From the NCBI GenBank assembly GCA_964416315.1, contig CAYQDR010000003.1, forward strand, positions 46,031 through 110,030: 64,000 nt of DNA, read 5' to 3'. Both the position numbers and the translations under genes were made by a program. Below are positions 17,117-26,687 of this stretch, piece after piece; positions within the stretch are counted from its first letter, which is position 1; each line of letters starts with the position of its first letter. The stretch is from an uncultured bacterium (GTDB lineage: Bacteria; Methylomirabilota; Methylomirabilia; Rokubacteriales; DASRDR01). The notes beneath the pieces were generated by a model that did not search any database, had not been told where the DNA came from, and was given only the letters and a program-made list of their open reading frames with translations.

Positions 17117-17389
17117 TCAGCGGAGGGCGTTCTTGAGGGCGCGGGAGGGGCGGAAGCGGGCGACCCGGGCCGCCTGGATCGTCATGGGCTGCCCGGTCCG
17201 GGGGTTTCGCCCCTTGCGGCCCTTCCGGCGCGTCACGGTGAACGTGCCGAACCCGACGAGGGTGACGGCCTCGCCCCGGCGGAGGCTCGTCCGGATGCCC
17301 GCGAGGCAGCCGTCGAGGGCCCTCTGTGCCGCAGCCTTGGTCAGCCCGGAGGCGGCCGCCATCCTCGCGACGAGGTCTGCTTTCGTCAT
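17117..17389 (-). CDS. HU-family DNA-binding protein
   Basis: MTKADLVARMA...GFGTFTVTRRKGRKGRNPRTGQPMTI is the HU/IHF fold. ATG lies inside the longer ORF. Confidence 0.85.
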   Translation of the reverse strand: MTKADLVARMAAASGLTKAAAQRALDGCLAGIRTSLRRGEAVTLVGFGTFTVTRRKGRKGRNPRTGQPMTIQAARVARFRPSRALKNALR

Positions 17390-17531
17390 CGGTGCCCTCC
17401 CGACCGTCCGAGGGAATGGCCTGGCGGCTGCGGTGTCCGGGGACCGCTCCGGGCACGAAGGCGGCCGCACTCTAGCAGAGGGCGCGACGGGGCGTCAAGG
17501 CGCGCCGGGGCCTCGTGCTAAGGTATGGGCG

Positions 17532-18377
17532 ATGCGACGGCGCCTCCTGGCACTCGGGGCCGCCCTCGTCCTCCTCGGCGGCCCGCGGGCCGGCGGGACC
17601 GAGCTCGACGAGGCCCCGGTCCCGGTGGTGACGCTCGAGGCCCTGCCCCTCGACGTCCCCACGGCGAGCCTGCCCGAGGCCGCCCGCGCCCGGGCCGAAG
17701 GCGTCCTGGCACGGACCATCTTCGCCCAGCGCGTGAGCGGGATCCGCCACCGGAGCCGCGAGGCCGTCTTCCACTTCCTGGTCGAGCACCCGGACTTCGC
17801 CGCGACGATCGTCCGCGCGCTCCGGCTCGGCGAATACCGGGTGATCCCGGTGGAGGACGGCTACTGGGGGGACGACAACCGCGGCGCGAGCGGCGTGATC
17901 CGCGTTCTCTACTCCGACGAGGGGCGGCGCCTCTTCCACCTCGCCGGGCGCTACGACCGGCGGTTCCTCCCCACGATCGAGGGGGAGATCCTCCTCCTGC
18001 TCGAGTACCGCCACGAGGAGGACGGAGGGGGCGGGAGCGTCGTCGAGTCGAGCCTCACCGGTCACCTCAGGCTCGACACTCCGCTCGCGGGCGCCCTTGC
18101 GCAGACCGTCGCCGCCCTCTCGCGGCCGATGGTCGAGCGGACCGTCGAGCGGAAGGTCCGCCGGTTCTTCAACATGGTGGCCCGCTTGAGCCGATGGGCC
18201 CACGACGAGCCGGACCAGCTCGCCGCCGTCCTGGACGGGCACCCGGAGGTCCCGGACGGACCCCTGCTCGCCCGATTCCGAGCGATCCTCCTCGCGGACC
18301 GTCCGCCGGCGTGGGCGCGCGCGCCGTTCCGCCTGGAAGTGGCCGACCCGCTCGGAACGCCCGCCGAGCCCGAGTGA
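17532..18377 (+). CDS. secreted hypothetical protein
   Basis: Signal peptide MRRRLLALGAALVLLGG. No family recognised. Confidence 0.5.
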   Translation: MRRRLLALGAALVLLGGPRAGGTELDEAPVPVVTLEALPLDVPTASLPEAARARAEGVLARTIFAQRVSGIRHRSREAVFHFLVEHPDFAATIVRALRLGEYRVIPVEDGYWGDDNRGASGVIRVLYSDEGRRLFHLAGRYDRRFLPTIEGEILLLLEYRHEEDGGGGSVVESSLTGHLRLDTPLAGALAQTVAALSRPMVERTVERKVRRFFNMVARLSRWAHDEPDQLAAVLDGHPEVPDGPLLARFRAILLADRPPAWARAPFRLEVADPLGTPAEPE

Positions 18378-18571
18378 CGTCGGCGGTCCTCGCGGGCCTC
18401 CTCGCGTTCGTGGCACTCGCCGTCGCGGCCGGCCTCTTCTACCTCTTCCGCGTCCGGCTGCAGCTCTGCCCGCACTGCAGCTGGGTGGTGAAGAGGGTCC
18501 AGCACGGATGGGCGCGCTGCCCGCGCTGCCACAAGCAGTACGCGCGGCGCACGAAGCTCCGCCCCCACTGA
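18374..18571 (+). CDS. small membrane-anchored zinc-ribbon protein
   Basis: GTGA overlap with the upstream stop. One TM helix, then CPHC..x12..CPRC. Confidence 0.4.
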   Translation: MTSAVLAGLLAFVALAVAAGLFYLFRVRLQLCPHCSWVVKRVQHGWARCPRCHKQYARRTKLRPH

Positions 18572-18659
18572 CCCGGCTCCCGCTTCCCGCCGCGGGGCAG
18601 AGGGGGGAGGGTGAGGGACCCTGTCAACGGCAAGAAACCCGCCGGGGGTCAGGTCATCC

Positions 18660-18752
18660 GCGCGCTCCTGAGCGAACCGCTCCGAGCGCGGGCTTCGCCC
18701 GCGCAATCCCTCCTGGGGGAAGTTCGGAAGGGGGGCGAAGCCCCCCTCCGAG
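18660..18752. repeat. family A multi-hairpin intergenic repeat, copy 2
   Basis: Collinear with 2790-2897 at about 90% identity: gcgctcctgagcgaaccgctccgagcgcgggcttcgcccgcgcaatccctcctggggga...ggggggcgaagcccccctccgagg. Confidence 0.6.
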
Positions 18753-18755
18753 GAT

Positions 18756-19274
18756 CTACATCCCCATCGCGCTCCGCGCCTCGTCCATCACCGCGTCGGT
18801 GATGGTCCCGTAGCCGCGCTCCCGGGCGAAGCGCTCGATCGCCTGCTTCGCCATCGGGCGGATGAAGGCGGGGATCCGATCGATGCGCGCCTCGGCTTCC
18901 GGCGTCCAGGCCGGGGCGTCCCGCGACGCCTCCGCGTCGGCGCCCGGGATCATCGCGGCGAAGGGGCAGCCGGGACCCTCCGCCGGCGCCGCGGGCGCCT
19001 CGCCCGGGCGCGGCGCGGCGTCGTCGACCAGGGCGCCGTCGCGCTGCCGCGCGAGGTTCGCGCGCACCTGCTCGAACGGCGGCGCCTCGCCCGTCGCGCC
19101 GCCGACCTTGACGCCGAGCGAGCGGACGAGCTGCGTCTCCCAGGGATTCGTGAGCATGGCGATGCGGTGCCCGCAGGCGGGGCAGGCGAAGGTCACGGTG
19201 AGCGAGCCCTCGTCCGGGCCGGCCGTGGCCTGGAGCCGCATGGCCGCGTCGCACGTGATGCAGAGGAACTTCAT
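18756..19274 (-). CDS. zinc-ribbon protein with C-terminal PCP-reductase-like domain
   Basis: N-terminal CITC..CPAC. C-terminal AWTPEAEARIDRIPAFIRPMAKQAIERFARERGY resembles the protochlorophyllide-reductase 57 kDa subunit-like (PCP_red) domain. Confidence 0.5.
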   Translation of the reverse strand: MKFLCITCDAAMRLQATAGPDEGSLTVTFACPACGHRIAMLTNPWETQLVRSLGVKVGGATGEAPPFEQVRANLARQRDGALVDDAAPRPGEAPAAPAEGPGCPFAAMIPGADAEASRDAPAWTPEAEARIDRIPAFIRPMAKQAIERFARERGYGTITDAVMDEARSAMGM

Positions 19275-19317
19275 GCGCGCACGCTCCTGACCATCATGGC
19301 GCGCCGGATGCGCTGGA

Positions 19318-19953
19318 TCATTTCGGGCTGGCGCCGGGCGTCACGCCGGTCGGGCCCAGGATCCGCCGCGGCCCCGCCGTCCCCGCGGAGAGGATGACGC
19401 GGATCCCCTCCTCGATCGTGAGGCCGGTGGAGATCACCGAGTCGCGCGGCACCAGGATGATGTCGCCGAGGTAGAGGTGGTTCGTGGGAACGTAGACGGT
19501 GACGAGGTCCTCCGGCTTGGCGCCCTCCACCCGGACGTCGCTCGTGCGGAAGCCGTAGGCGTAGATTCCCTCGCGCGGGTGCTCCACGATGACGAACTCC
19601 CGGAAGCCGCGCTCGCGGCGCGGCGTGAACGCCTCGACGAGCTGCTTCACCGCCGGGTAGACGCGCCCGAAGACGGGCAGGCGGAGGAGGAGCAGGCGCT
19701 CGGCCCAAGTCAGGATGCGCCGGCCGACCACGTTCGTCGCGATCACGCCCATCACGAAGATGATGACGACCGCCGTCACGAACCCGAGCGCGGGAACGGA
19801 TCGACCCAGGATCCGCTCGTAGAGGGGGGAGAGGAAGCCGTCCACCTGCTGGTAGAAGATCCAGAGGACCCAGGCGGTGAGGACGACGGGGACCGTGACG
19901 AAGAAGCCGGTGATGAACCGGACCTTGAACCAGGACTGGATCCGCTGCTTCAT
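19318..19953 (-). CDS. DUF502-family membrane protein
   Basis: MKQRIQSWFKVRFITGFFVTVPVVLTAWVLW N-terminus and DUF502 core. Confidence 0.65.
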   Translation of the reverse strand: MKQRIQSWFKVRFITGFFVTVPVVLTAWVLWIFYQQVDGFLSPLYERILGRSVPALGFVTAVVIIFVMGVIATNVVGRRILTWAERLLLLRLPVFGRVYPAVKQLVEAFTPRRERGFREFVIVEHPREGIYAYGFRTSDVRVEGAKPEDLVTVYVPTNHLYLGDIILVPRDSVISTGLTIEEGIRVILSAGTAGPRRILGPTGVTPGASPK

Positions 19954-20051
19954 CGCCGCGCGCCCCACCCTCCCGTGGCAGGGATGAAACCATACGTCCG
20001 GAGGCGCGTCAAGTTGAGGGCCCGTCGGCACCGTGCTAGGCTCGGTCCTGC

Positions 20052-20945
20052 ATGGGTCGCCCCGGCGCGATGCTCCTCCTGGCCACGGCGATCGCCGGCC
20101 TCGCGCTGGCCGCGGGGGCCCAGCCAGCCGCCGTCACGACCGAGCTCGTCCGGCTGGCGACGCCGGACGGCGGCCAGACGGCCGGGCTCGCCCACACCCC
20201 CGTCGGCCCCCCGCGAGGCGGCGTCGCCCTGATCCACGGCTACGGGTCGAACTTCTACTCGGGGGCCCAGGCCCACCTCGCGCGCGGGCTGGCCGAGCGC
20301 GGCTTCGTCACGATCGCGACCAACCTGCGGGACCACGACGGCGGTCCCAAGACGACGCTCTTCGAGGAGAACCGGTGGGACCAGCAAGCCGCGGTGGACG
20401 AGCTCGCCCGCCGCGGCCTCGCTCCCCTGGCGATGGTCGGTCACAGCCTCGGGACCAACAGCGTCCTCCACTACCTCACCGAGACCCGGGACTCCCGTGT
20501 CCGGGCGGTCGTGCTCCTCGCCGGGCCGGGGAACGCCTTCGAGTGGAACGTCCGGATCTTCGGCCGGGAGCGCGCGACGCGGGTCCTCGAGGACGCGCAG
20601 CGGCTCCAGCGGGAGGGGCGCGGCAAGGAGCTCATGCTCGTGGACCTCGGGCCGCTCGGCAAGGCCCTCTACTCGGCCGACCACCTGGTGAGCCTCCGGG
20701 GGCCCCAGACCAAGTCCGACCCCTACCGCAACGTCGCGCCGGTCACGCTCCCGGTCCTGCTCGTCTACGGCACGGCCGACCGGCTGGTGGACCTCGAGGT
20801 CGGCCGCCGCCTCAAGGCGGCCGCGACGCGCGCGCCGCGCGTGGACCTGGTCGAGATCGCGGGCGCCGACCACGGCTTCTCGCGGCACCCGGTCGAGCTG
20901 GCCGGCCTGGTCGAGCGCTGGCTCGGCGAGGTCCTGGGTCGCTAG
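20052..20945 (+). CDS. secreted alpha/beta hydrolase
   Basis: Signal peptide, GHSLG nucleophile elbow, C-terminal D and H residues. Confidence 0.7.
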   Translation: MGRPGAMLLLATAIAGLALAAGAQPAAVTTELVRLATPDGGQTAGLAHTPVGPPRGGVALIHGYGSNFYSGAQAHLARGLAERGFVTIATNLRDHDGGPKTTLFEENRWDQQAAVDELARRGLAPLAMVGHSLGTNSVLHYLTETRDSRVRAVVLLAGPGNAFEWNVRIFGRERATRVLEDAQRLQREGRGKELMLVDLGPLGKALYSADHLVSLRGPQTKSDPYRNVAPVTLPVLLVYGTADRLVDLEVGRRLKAAATRAPRVDLVEIAGADHGFSRHPVELAGLVERWLGEVLGR

Positions 20946-20954
20946 GAGTCTCTC

Positions 20955-21720
20955 GTGCCCTGGGACCCCGCGCAGTACCTGAAGTTCGCCGGCCATCGTC
21001 TGCGACCGGCGGTCGATCTCCTCAGCCGGATCGACGTCGCCACCCCGGCCGAGGTCTACGATCTGGGCGCCGGCGCCGGCAACGTGACCCGGCTGCTCCG
21101 GGAGCGGTGGCCGAACGCGCGCATCACCGGCGTGGACGAGTCTCAGGAGATGCTGGCGAAGGCGGCCGCCGGGGCCCCGGAGATCGTGTGGCAGCGGGCC
21201 GACCTGGCGGCCGCCGCGGCCGGCCGACGTCATCTACTCCAACGCCGCGCTCCACTGGCTCGGCGACCACGACCGGCTGTTCCCCGGGCTGCTCTCCGCG
21301 CTGGCGCCCGGAGGCGTGCTCGCCGTGCAGATGCCCCGCAATTTCTCGGCCCCGTCCCACACCGCCATCGCCGAAGCGGTCCGGGGGGGACCCTGGCGCA
21401 CCCGCCTCGAGCCGCTGCTCCGGCCGCCGCCGGTGGCCGAGCCGGCCTTCTACTTCGACCTGCTGGTCCCCCGGGCCGCGGCGCTCGACATCTGGGAGAC
21501 CGAGTACCTCCAGGCGCTCGAAGGCGACCAGCCGGTCAAGGAGTGGACCAAGGGCACGTGGTTGAAGCCCTTGCTCGACGCCCTCGACGAGCCGGAGCGA
21601 AGCCGCTTCGAGGCGTGTTACGCGGAGCTGGTGGCGCAGGCCTATCCGCGGCGCCTGGACGGCCGCACGCTGCTTCCGTTTCGACGACTCTTCATCGTAG
21701 CCACAGCTCGCGAAGCCTGA
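20955..21720 (+). pseudogene. trans-aconitate methyltransferase (Tam)-like gene with internal frameshift
   Basis: N-terminal half MPWDPAQYLKFAGHRLRPAVDLL..YDLGAGAGN in the 20955 frame. C-terminal half ..TWRPPRPADVIYSNAALHWLGDHDRLFPGLLSALAPGGVLAVQMP.. in the 21316 frame. The junction is near 21201-21210. Confidence 0.6.
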
Positions 21721-21756
21721 CCGGCGAGCCCGGGCGGTCACCCGGGGCCTTCGCGT

Positions 21757-22437
21757 TCAGGGCAGGACGATCCGGCCGCCTCCCATCGTGCGCAGGAACT
21801 CCGCGAGCCCGATCCGCATGAAGGGGTTCTGGCGCTTCTCGTCGCCGATCGTCGAGGACGGCCCGCCGTAGTTGTGGCCCGGGAGCAGGATCGTGTCGTC
21901 GGGGAGCTTCGCGAGCCGCTGCGTGAGGCTCCGGTGCATCTCGGCGGGATCCCCGCCGGGGAGGTCCGTCCGGCCGCACGCGTTGATGAAGAGCGTGTCC
22001 CCGGAGATCAGGCGGCCGTCCACGTAGAAGCACTGGGAGCCCGGCGTGTGGCCGGGCGTGTGGATGAACGTGACGGTGAAGCGCCCCACGGCCAGCTCGG
22101 TCCCCGCCTCGACCGGCGCCAGGTCCGACCCGAACCCGCGGAGGAGCTCACGCTCGGCCTTGTGGACGTAGACCTTGGCCGGCGTGAGCTCGAGCAGGGT
22201 CTCGACCCCGGGAATGTCCATGCCGAAGAGGTGGCCGCCGACGTGATCGGGGTGGGTGTGGGTGACGAGCGCCCCCGTGATCCGCATCCCGTCCGCCTCG
22301 GCGGCCTGCACGATCGTGTCGAGCTCCCAGGCCGGGTCCACGACGAGGCACTCGCCCGCCTCGCGGTCTCCCACGAGGTAGACGAAGTTCTGCATGGGGC
22401 CGAGCTCGAGCTGCTTGAGGTAGAGACCTTCCGCCAT
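21757..22437 (-). CDS. MBL-fold metallo-hydrolase (glyoxalase II-like)
   Basis: THTHPDHVGG metal-binding motif. SD GGAGGAGG before ATG 22437. Confidence 0.8.
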   Translation of the reverse strand: MAEGLYLKQLELGPMQNFVYLVGDREAGECLVVDPAWELDTIVQAAEADGMRITGALVTHTHPDHVGGHLFGMDIPGVETLLELTPAKVYVHKAERELLRGFGSDLAPVEAGTELAVGRFTVTFIHTPGHTPGSQCFYVDGRLISGDTLFINACGRTDLPGGDPAEMHRSLTQRLAKLPDDTILLPGHNYGGPSSTIGDEKRQNPFMRIGLAEFLRTMGGGRIVLP

Positions 22438-22445
22438 CCCGCCTC

Positions 22446-22498
22446 CTCCCGGAGTCTGTCCCCTCACCCCCGCCCTGTCCCCCAGTGGGGGAGAAGGG
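22446..22498. repeat. family B intergenic repeat (ccctcacccc + ctccc-loop-gggag palindrome)
   Basis: tcccctcacccccgccctgtcccccagtgggggagaagggaa. Related copies at 23289-23337, 28586-28686, 30697-30720 and 35387-35468. Confidence 0.5.
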
Positions 22499-22500
22499 AA

Positions 22501-23286
22501 TCAGCGCCCGGTGAACCGCGGCTCGCGCCGCTCGCGGATCGCCGCCACGCCTTCCCGGAGATCGGCCGTCGTGTAGGTCACGGCCTGGCAGAGGGCCTCG
22601 TACTCCAGCGCAGGCGCCAGGGCACCCTCGAGCCCCTGATAGACCGCGCGCTTGAGCATCCGCAGGACGACCGGGGCGTTCCTGGCGATCGTCCCGGCCA
22701 CCTCGAGGACGGCCGGCATCAGCTCGGCCCGCGGCACGGCGCGGTTGACGAGCCCCAGCGCCTCGGCCTCGCGGCCCGTCACGAGCCGGCCCGTGTAGAA
22801 CAGCTCGAGGGCCCGCGCGAGTCCCACGGCGCGCGGCAGGGTCAGGGTCGAGGCCATGCCCGGATGGATCCCGAGGCGGGCGAAGTTGACGCCCATCTTC
22901 GCGTCCTCGGCGGCGTAGCGGAGGTCGCACGCGAGCGCCAGCGCGAGTCCGCCCCCGATGGCGTAGCCGTGGATGGCCGCGACCGTCGGGAGCGGGAAGC
23001 GCAGCAGGGAGAGGTAGCGCGCGTAGTAGTCGAGCATGACCTGGCGGCTCTCCTGCACGGGCCGCCGCGTGTTCGCCTCGATGAGCGCCATGTCGCCACC
23101 CGCGCAGAACGCCTCCCCCGCCCCCGCCAGCACCAGCACCCGGACGTCCTCCCGGGCTTCGAGGTCCGCGAGCGCCTCGGCGATCTCCTCTCCCATCCGC
23201 GCGCTCATCGGGTTTCGCTTCTCAGGCTGGTCGAGGGTCAGCGTGGCGATCCCGTCGGCGACCTCGAGGCGGATGGTCTCGGGCAT
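22501..23286 (-). CDS. enoyl-CoA hydratase/isomerase (crotonase family)
   Basis: Crotonase fold with oxyanion-hole motifs (FCAGGDM ... GYAIGGGLALALACDLR). Confidence 0.85.
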   Translation of the reverse strand: MPETIRLEVADGIATLTLDQPEKRNPMSARMGEEIAEALADLEAREDVRVLVLAGAGEAFCAGGDMALIEANTRRPVQESRQVMLDYYARYLSLLRFPLPTVAAIHGYAIGGGLALALACDLRYAAEDAKMGVNFARLGIHPGMASTLTLPRAVGLARALELFYTGRLVTGREAEALGLVNRAVPRAELMPAVLEVAGTIARNAPVVLRMLKRAVYQGLEGALAPALEYEALCQAVTYTTADLREGVAAIRERREPRFTGR

Positions 23287-23288
23287 GG

Positions 23289-23337
23289 CCCCCTCACCCC
23301 ACCCCTCTCCCCTGAGGGGAGAGGGAGGTCCTCAGGG
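23289..23337. repeat. family B intergenic repeat
   Basis: ccctcaccccacccctctcccctgaggggagagggaggtcctcagggatc. Confidence 0.5.
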
Positions 23338-23338
23338 A

Positions 23339-25096
23339 TCAGAGCAGGAGATCCTCAGGGGACGACGGGATCTGGCCGAGGCTCTTCGCCTCGATGGCGT
23401 AGAGCGGCGGCTCGCCCGGGACGTGGACGTAGGTCACGTCCGTCTCGCGCCGGCCGACGGCGAGCGTCGCGAGCGTCTTGCCGTCCTTGGCGGTGAGCGT
23501 GATCGTGGTGGCCGGGGGCTCGAGCCCGTATCGCGCGGGCGCCCACCCCTCGGCGGCGACGAGGTCGCGCCACTTGAGGTTCCGGAGTGTCCAGACGACA
23601 TCGCTCACCCGGGACGCCCGCGCCTTGCCTGGCTTCGGGCTCACGAGCTGCCAGTCGTCCTCGCCCCGGCGCGTGAGCTCGAGGGTCTGGCTCCCCTGCT
23701 GGATCCGGACCCCCGTGACGTCGCGCGTGTCGAACGGGGCGAAGAGCGACTTGTCCCGGAGGTCCTGGGCGGAACGGCCCAGGTCGGCCAGCGCGTTCGC
23801 GTCCACCAGGACGACCGGGCCCGCGGCCGTCGCGTAGGCCCGGTCCTTCTCCTTCGCGGGCGCCAGGAGCAGGGCCTTCGGCTCCTTCGCCCCCTGCTCC
23901 CAGAGCACGAGCCGGACCTGCGGCCGGTCGAGCCCGAAGCGGGCGAGCCCCTTCTGGTCCTCGGCGACGAACTCCCTGGCCCGGAGGTCGCGCGCCTTCC
24001 AGAGGAGGTCGTTCATCGCGCCCTCGTCCACCTTCAGGGGCGCGGGCGCCGTGATGCGCCACGCGCCGGCCTGGAGCGCCAGGGTCACCTTGCCCTTCGG
24101 GCTCTCGAGCTCCACGCGCTCGAGTTTCGCGCGGTCGTAGGTGAACACGGCCTTGTCCCGGAAGGCCGTCACCGTCGTCGGCACGGCCTTCAGCAGCTCC
24201 TCTTCGACCGTGAAGATCGTCGGGTCGCCCTCCCGCTGCGCGTAGACGGCCTTCTGGTCCGGGAGCACCTTGCCGAGCCGGAGGGTCTTCGCGACCCGGT
24301 CCTTGCCCTCGCCGAGCCAGAGCGCGAGCTTGAGCGGCCGCTCGAGGCCGTACGGATCCGGGCCCCTCGGCGGCCCGGCGACGAACTCCTTGATCTTCGC
24401 CGACCGGAGCTTCTCGAGGAGCGCGGAGACCTGCTCCCGGTCGCCCGGGACCGCGGCGGGCGCGGTCACCTGCCACTCGTCCGTCCCCTTGAGCTGGAGC
24501 GCGACCGTGGGGCCGCCGCGGACCTGCACCTCGATCCCCTTGACGTCCTTCCGGTCGAAGGCGAGCAGCGTGCGATCACGGAAGTCGGCGGCGGGCTTCT
24601 GCGCGTCGCGGAGCAGCGCGTCGGACACGAGGAAGACCGCGGGCTTCCCCGCCTCCTGGGCGTAGACCCAGATCCCCGTCGGGCTCTTCGCCCCGAGGCG
24701 GAGGCGGCGCTCCTGGCCCTTCGCGCGGAACGCGATCTCGGCGGCCGGCGGCTCGAGCCCGAACTCCGCGGGCTTCGCCGGGCTCGGATCGATCTCCCGC
24801 TCCATCCGGACGGTCGCGAGCGAGAGGAGCAGGTCGTCCACGGGCCGGGCCTCGGCCCGCGCCTCGACGGGAGCGGCGAGCGCCCAGTGGTCGCCGGCCT
24901 TCTTGAGCCGGATCGTCTCGGCCCCGCGCGTGATCGTGAGCTCCTCGATCTCCTTCGACTCGATGTCCTTGAAGACCCGGTCCTTCTCGGCGGCGGCCTT
25001 TTCCCGAGCGGGGCCCTGGCGAACCTCGTAGACGTAGAAGAAGGTCCCGAGGCCGACGAGGAGCAGGGCGAGGACGGCGGTCGTCTTCCAGCGCAT
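23339..25096 (-). CDS. DUF4340-domain protein (accessory to GldG-type ABC system)
   Basis: N-terminal TM, then repeated DUF4340-like modules. Follows the gldG-like gene. Confidence 0.65.
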   Translation of the reverse strand: MRWKTTAVLALLLVGLGTFFYVYEVRQGPAREKAAAEKDRVFKDIESKEIEELTITRGAETIRLKKAGDHWALAAPVEARAEARPVDDLLLSLATVRMEREIDPSPAKPAEFGLEPPAAEIAFRAKGQERRLRLGAKSPTGIWVYAQEAGKPAVFLVSDALLRDAQKPAADFRDRTLLAFDRKDVKGIEVQVRGGPTVALQLKGTDEWQVTAPAAVPGDREQVSALLEKLRSAKIKEFVAGPPRGPDPYGLERPLKLALWLGEGKDRVAKTLRLGKVLPDQKAVYAQREGDPTIFTVEEELLKAVPTTVTAFRDKAVFTYDRAKLERVELESPKGKVTLALQAGAWRITAPAPLKVDEGAMNDLLWKARDLRAREFVAEDQKGLARFGLDRPQVRLVLWEQGAKEPKALLLAPAKEKDRAYATAAGPVVLVDANALADLGRSAQDLRDKSLFAPFDTRDVTGVRIQQGSQTLELTRRGEDDWQLVSPKPGKARASRVSDVVWTLRNLKWRDLVAAEGWAPARYGLEPPATTITLTAKDGKTLATLAVGRRETDVTYVHVPGEPPLYAIEAKSLGQIPSSPEDLLL

Positions 25097-25121
25097 GGGA
25101 ACCTGCCGCGGTCGCCCGGCC

Positions 25122-26684
25122 CTACCGCCTCCGTTTTCGGACGACGGCGTACACGCCGGCCACGACCATCAGGAGCGGCATCACGACGACGGGCACCCAG
25201 AGGACGACCTGGCCCTGGGCGGCCGTGAGGAACACGGGGGTGTTGCGCGGCTCCTTCGGCCGGATGGCGATGAGGCTCTCCTCCTCGCCGAGCCAGGCCA
25301 GCACGTTCAGGACGAAGTCCCGGTTCCCCTGGACGTTGACGAAGAGGTTCGTGACGAAGTCCGAGTCGCCGATCACGACCAGCCGCCCCTTCGCGCCCTT
25401 CCCGGGTTCCGCGGGCTCCCTCGGGGTCACCGTCGCGGCGGCGCCGAGCGTCAGCGGGCCGCGCGGTTCGTTGGGGTCGCGCTTGACCTGGCCGCTCCGG
25501 TACTCGGCCTGGTTCAGCTCTGCCCAACTGTCGGTTCCGGTGCGCGCGAGCGCCTGGGCCGTCACCCCCTCCGGCAGCTTCTCCCTGACGGCGACGGTGC
25601 GCGCCTCGGGGAAGATCGTGGCCAGCCGGAACCCCTGCGTGATCGGGTGCGCGGGGTAGTCGGCCACCACCGGGATCTCGGGCCCCGCCTGGAACATCCG
25701 CCCGAGGGGGTTGATGTCGATGATCACGTCGTTGCCGAGGCCGAGCCCGTAGCGGTCGAGGAGGGTCCCGAGGCCGGAGGCCTGGAACGGGTCCACCATG
25801 AGCAAGAGCTTGCCCCCGCGCCCGACGTAGGCGTGGAGGGCGTCGAGCTCGTTCGCCAGGGGGTCCTTCTGCGGCCCCGCCAGGACGACGATCGCCGCGT
25901 CGTCGGGGACCTTCGGCTCGCGCGCCAGCAGGAGGTCCTTGACCTCGTAGTGCTGCTTCTCGATGGCGGCCTTGAGCTGCGCGAGTCCGGTGCGCTCGCT
26001 CGACTGGAGGTCGCGCTCGCCGTGGCCCTTGACGAAGTAGAGGACCCGCTTCCCCTCGCGGAGGACGCGGAGCAGCGCGTTCGTGAGCTTCTCCTCCTCG
26101 GCGTCGAGGATCTTCTCCTCCTTGACCTGACCCTCCTTCGGCGTCGCCTCGAGAACGACCGTGCCGTAGGTCTCGACCCCGTAGCGCCGGGCGAGGCTCG
26201 GGTTCCGGTCGGCGTCCACGATCTCCCAGGTGAACTTGCCCTCGGCGTAGGTCGCGTACTGCTTGAAGAGGTCCTCGGCCGTGCGCTTCCCCGGCTGATC
26301 GGGCCGGAAGAACCCCGTCGCCTTGACCGGGACCTTCAGCTCCTTGAGCACCTTCACCGTCTGTGGGGAGAGGCTGTGGCGCCGGTTCTCGGTGAGGTCG
26401 AGGCGGTAGCTGTGACGGTACGAGACCGCCTCCACCAGGGCGATGATACCGAGGACGAGGACGATCATCACGAGCGCGTTGAGCCCGTACCGCGTCGTGC
26501 GCCGCCCCCAGACGTCCCGGAAGCTCGAGAAGCTCGCATAGAGGGCGAAGAGGACGAGGAGGCCGCCCGCGATCAGGGCGACCGGCCAGGCCGCGGTCCA
26601 CGACGGCCGGTAGACGCGGAGGATGCCGCCGGCGGCGATGCCGACGAGGCCCAGGACGAGCGCGGGGGTCGCCAGGCGTTCCAT
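25122..26684 (-). CDS. GldG-like ABC transporter auxiliary protein
   Basis: N- and C-terminal TM helices flank a large periplasmic domain typical of GldG/ABC-type uncharacterized transport auxiliary components. Confidence 0.7.
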   Translation of the reverse strand: MERLATPALVLGLVGIAAGGILRVYRPSWTAAWPVALIAGGLLVLFALYASFSSFRDVWGRRTTRYGLNALVMIVLVLGIIALVEAVSYRHSYRLDLTENRRHSLSPQTVKVLKELKVPVKATGFFRPDQPGKRTAEDLFKQYATYAEGKFTWEIVDADRNPSLARRYGVETYGTVVLEATPKEGQVKEEKILDAEEEKLTNALLRVLREGKRVLYFVKGHGERDLQSSERTGLAQLKAAIEKQHYEVKDLLLAREPKVPDDAAIVVLAGPQKDPLANELDALHAYVGRGGKLLLMVDPFQASGLGTLLDRYGLGLGNDVIIDINPLGRMFQAGPEIPVVADYPAHPITQGFRLATIFPEARTVAVREKLPEGVTAQALARTGTDSWAELNQAEYRSGQVKRDPNEPRGPLTLGAAATVTPREPAEPGKGAKGRLVVIGDSDFVTNLFVNVQGNRDFVLNVLAWLGEEESLIAIRPKEPRNTPVFLTAAQGQVVLWVPVVVMPLLMVVAGVYAVVRKRRR

Positions 26685-26687
26685 TTC

